Positions 59,364 to 64,000 of a stretch of DNA of 64,000 nucleotides are shown here, piece after piece. Each line of letters begins with the position of its first letter. The stretch's first letter is position 1. Both the position numbers and the translations under genes were made by a program. Where the stretch lies: NCBI GenBank assembly GCA_031426555.1, contig JANPLN010000015.1, positions 32,001 to 96,000 of the forward strand. Reading direction: 5' to 3'. The notes under the pieces are model-generated. The model was not told where the DNA came from and ran no database searches. It was given only the letters and a program-made list of their open reading frames with translations. This DNA comes from Bdellovibrionales bacterium. Its GTDB lineage: Bacteria; Bdellovibrionota; Bdellovibrionia; Bdellovibrionales; JAGQZY01.

Positions 59364-62138
59364 ATGCAACGCTGGTATGTGAAAACGCCCCAAAATCAAA
59401 CTTTGGGACCTATGACCGAAGAGGAAGTCGTCGAAAAACTGACCTCTGGATATTTTGTTGGTCAGGAATTAGTTTGTCGAGCCAGCGAAGCTCGTTGGAT
59501 CCCAATCACCCAGCATCCTGCGTTTTTCGAGGCCGTGGTCGACGAGATGGACGAAGAGCTTAAAAGAGAAATGGCTCCACCCGTAAAAGAAGAAACCACC
59601 GATGTGGGAGACGGCGATAAAGAGAAGCGTGAAGTTCCTTTGTGGAAGCGTTTGCAAATCAAAGTTCCAGATGTGGAAGAAAAAAAAATCGAGCAAGCGG
59701 CAGCTCAATCTGTTGGCCAACCTAAGCCGTGGGAACCCGAGAAACCGAAAGTTCCGCTGGCCCAGGCTCCGCAACGTGAGCAAACCAAAAAAAGTCTTTT
59801 ATTTTTTGTTGCGGTAGTAGCAGCCATGCTGCTCTTTTTATTTTTTTACGAAACTCCCAAAGATCCCCGAAAAGATCGCATTCGCTTAAGCCCCGTGCGC
59901 TTTAATTCGAAAACTGAAATTCGCGAGGGCAACGACGAAATGTTAAAAAGCGCCATCTCCAGCTTTCGCAAACACACCATAACCGATTATGTGCTAACGC
60001 AAAATACACTGACGGCGTTGTTAGAAAAAAACGTAAAGTACCTCGATGCCATGGGTTTTTTATGTATGACCTACAAAGAGCTTTGGCCCTACGCCTTTCA
60101 AGATTCAAAAGATATCGACACCATTTACCGCGTCTATCGGCAAGCCTCGGTGCTCAAAGCGAGCAGCGCTTCGGCCGGAGTTTGTTACGTTGTCTATTTA
60201 CTCACCGTGGCCGAATATGAAAAAGCCAAAAACTACATGGAAGATGCGCTTCGCAGAGAGCCCGATTTATTATTTTTTAACCAGCTGATGGGTGATCTTT
60301 TAGAGCAGCAACGCAAGCACTCCACGGCGGCTTATTACTTTCAGAAGGTGGCCGACCAGTGGCCACCACCCGTTTGGGCAAAACCACTTTTGCAACTGGC
60401 GCGAACTCTTCGCAAACTCAAACGCTACGGCGAGTCCCTAGAAAATTATCGAAAGGCGCTCAAATTTTTTCCCGAACATCCGTGGGTGCAACTCGAACTT
60501 GGCGTCTTGGAATTTGAAGCCTTTCGGCAAAACGAAAAAGCACAGGCCCTGATTACCAAAGCTCTTTCAGTAAAAACACAATTCCCAGCAGAAATGCGCG
60601 GCGAAGGTTATTTTGTGATCGCGCAAATTGCACTGCAAACCGGTTACAAGAAAAAAGCCCTCGAGTACGCCAACCAAGCTTTTTCCGTCGACTCCGGCAA
60701 CCAGGCCATAAAAGATTTTATTTTGAATCTCGGGGGACGAGGCGCGCTAGAAAACGTGCAGATCGATAGCGGAAACATGCTCTACCTGGGAACACAGTAC
60801 ATGAAACTGGGAAATTATTTTGCGGCGCAAGCGGAGTTTCGTTTGGCTTTCGAAGCAGACCCCCGAAATGCTCTAGCCGCTTATCATGCTGGGCAGTCGT
60901 TGTGGGAGTTAAATCAATCCACCGAAGCTATCAAATGGGTGGAGAAAGCCATTCAAGCGGATCCCGGGTTAATTTCGGCCTACGCCACTCTGGCCGACTA
61001 CTATGCCTTCCGTCATAACTACGAAGGGGCGGCGCAAATTTTAAAAAATATTTCCCGGCGTTTTCCAAATAACAACGAAATTTACAGAGGCTTTGCCAAT
61101 ATCGAATACAAACGCGGCAATTTAAAAATGGCCATCGATTATGCACGCAAAGCGCTGGACGCCTATCCGATGGATGTGGGTGCATTGCAAATTATTTCGA
61201 AAGCCTATGTGGACTTGGCAGATTTTAAGAGCGCCTACAGCTATGTGTGGCGCTCTCTCGAAGTGGATCCCCACACGCCCGAAAACCACGCGATCTATTC
61301 GAAAGTGCTCGTGGGCACCAATGGCTTAAATGCAGCCGTCGATTATCTCAATCAAAAAATCGAAGAAGCTCCAGACGTCATCGTTTACAAAAAAGCACTG
61401 GCCGAAATTTTTATCGAATCTAAAAACTGGAACGGCGCGCGCACGCTGCTTGAAAATATTTTGGTAGTGAAAAAAGAAGACAAAGCAACGAGTATGAGTT
61501 TGGCCTACGTGTACCAACAGGAAGGCTATATCAATCGCGCTCTCGAAACTTATTTAATGGCGGCAAGTTTTGACCCGCTCGACCCGACGCCCTTATTTCA
61601 GGCGGGAGAATTGTACATGGAAGCGGGAAGCTACAAATCCGCCATTGCCCAGTTTGAGCGCGTGTTAAAAATTAATAAAAATTTTCCGCGTGTGTATTCG
61701 CAGCTCGGGCGCGCAGCTCTCGAAAATAAAGATTACGCAAAGGCCATTGAAATGGCAAAGATGGAAATCGAACTCAATCCCAGTCTTGCCGAGCCCTATA
61801 TTTTGACGGCCGAGGCCTACTATCGCCAGGATCAGTACCAGGAATGTGCTGGAGAATATCAAAAGGCCATCATGCGGAGGTCCCAGGGAACAGAGATTTA
61901 TATTCAGATGGCCCGTTGCTATCGATTGTCGGGCGCTTTGGATCCGGCCATTCAAATGTTGGATAAGGCCGCGCAAATTGAATCGGGGAATGCCAATATT
62001 TATAAAGAGCTGGGCGCGATTTATCATATGCAGGGGCAGCGTCAGCAGGCTTATAGTGCCTACGAACGTTATTTGCATTTAGCTCCCAATGCGGCGGATC
62101 GCGGAGCCATTGAAAAGGTTATGAAAGAACTTCATTAG
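59364..62138 (+). CDS. Large membrane-anchored TPR protein with an N-terminal GYF_2-like domain
   Basis: WYVK...LGP...W.PI N-terminus, one TM helix, then many TPR repeats. Confidence 0.85.
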   Translation: MQRWYVKTPQNQTLGPMTEEEVVEKLTSGYFVGQELVCRASEARWIPITQHPAFFEAVVDEMDEELKREMAPPVKEETTDVGDGDKEKREVPLWKRLQIKVPDVEEKKIEQAAAQSVGQPKPWEPEKPKVPLAQAPQREQTKKSLLFFVAVVAAMLLFLFFYETPKDPRKDRIRLSPVRFNSKTEIREGNDEMLKSAISSFRKHTITDYVLTQNTLTALLEKNVKYLDAMGFLCMTYKELWPYAFQDSKDIDTIYRVYRQASVLKASSASAGVCYVVYLLTVAEYEKAKNYMEDALRREPDLLFFNQLMGDLLEQQRKHSTAAYYFQKVADQWPPPVWAKPLLQLARTLRKLKRYGESLENYRKALKFFPEHPWVQLELGVLEFEAFRQNEKAQALITKALSVKTQFPAEMRGEGYFVIAQIALQTGYKKKALEYANQAFSVDSGNQAIKDFILNLGGRGALENVQIDSGNMLYLGTQYMKLGNYFAAQAEFRLAFEADPRNALAAYHAGQSLWELNQSTEAIKWVEKAIQADPGLISAYATLADYYAFRHNYEGAAQILKNISRRFPNNNEIYRGFANIEYKRGNLKMAIDYARKALDAYPMDVGALQIISKAYVDLADFKSAYSYVWRSLEVDPHTPENHAIYSKVLVGTNGLNAAVDYLNQKIEEAPDVIVYKKALAEIFIESKNWNGARTLLENILVVKKEDKATSMSLAYVYQQEGYINRALETYLMAASFDPLDPTPLFQAGELYMEAGSYKSAIAQFERVLKINKNFPRVYSQLGRAALENKDYAKAIEMAKMEIELNPSLAEPYILTAEAYYRQDQYQECAGEYQKAIMRRSQGTEIYIQMARCYRLSGALDPAIQMLDKAAQIESGNANIYKELGAIYHMQGQRQQAYSAYERYLHLAPNAADRGAIEKVMKELH

Positions 62139-62149
62139 AGAGGTGATAT

Positions 62150-63740
<1,591 letters not shown>

Positions 63741-63861
63741 CCGCTGGCCGCTGGTTGGCGCCCCGATGCGCGGCGTTCCACGCCTCTAAAACATCAAGAG
63801 TGCTTGTCTCGTTCGGGGTTTTTGCATACATTGGCAAGTTCTTAAACCAAAGCTCGATTGC

Positions 63862-63951
63862 GGAGAGGTGGCCGAGTGGTTTAAGGCACCGGTCTTGAAA
63901 ACCGGCGACCCCTCGCGGGGTCCGTGAGTTCGAATCTCACCCTCTCCGCCA
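63862..63951 (+). tRNA. tRNA-Ser (anticodon TGA)
   Basis: GGAGAGG/CCTCTCC acceptor stem, CCGGT-CTTGAAA-ACCGG anticodon arm, long variable arm, GTTCGAATC, encoded GCCA end. Confidence 0.97.
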
Positions 63952-64000
63952 AATATTGTCATTGCCACTCAACAAACGTGGACGTGCAGTCGACATCTTT

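Noticed and set aside
63862..63951. Selenocysteine or opal-suppressor tRNA
   Set aside because: The anticodon is TGA (reads UCA, Ser), not TCA, and the acceptor stem is a normal 7 bp.
63786..63968. 60-aa minus-strand ORF
   Set aside because: Antisense shadow of the tRNA-Ser gene.

Overview
A gene-dense bacterial chromosome segment, almost certainly from a Bdellovibrionota (Bdellovibrio-like predator) genome. The assignment rests on a near-identical homologue of the B. bacteriovorus histone (Bd0055/HBb) and a Tad/Flp pilus cluster ending in a YD/RHS gene, as in the 'hit' region. Housekeeping blocks: hemW (partial), M16 peptidase, tatBC, histone, rplU-rpmA-obgE-nadD/rsfS fusion-rlmH, kup, comF-lolA-rimO, bamD-TPR-hpt, an astB-less succinyltransferase operon with mltG, groES-groEL, the Tad locus, ligA, gatCAB, rho, rpmE-prfA-prmC-murA, a large TPR protein, serS and tRNA-Ser(TGA). 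The least explained part is an AT-rich island at about 44.2-46.0 kb. It holds a (TAATAAG)8 microsatellite behind a perfect SD/ATG micro-ORF and an HNH nuclease gene. A palindromic 16-bp site occurs both upstream of that gene and inside it, next to four 42-bp coding repeats. Other notable items: a 236-bp REPIN/MITE-like hairpin running exactly from stop codon to stop codon between rlmH and kup, an Asn-rich prion-like N-terminal extension on Rho, a DnaA-box cluster between rho and rpmE, and no obvious hit (bd0108) gene, with a 20-bp direct repeat at the expected position. All calls come from reading motifs by eye; no searches were run.
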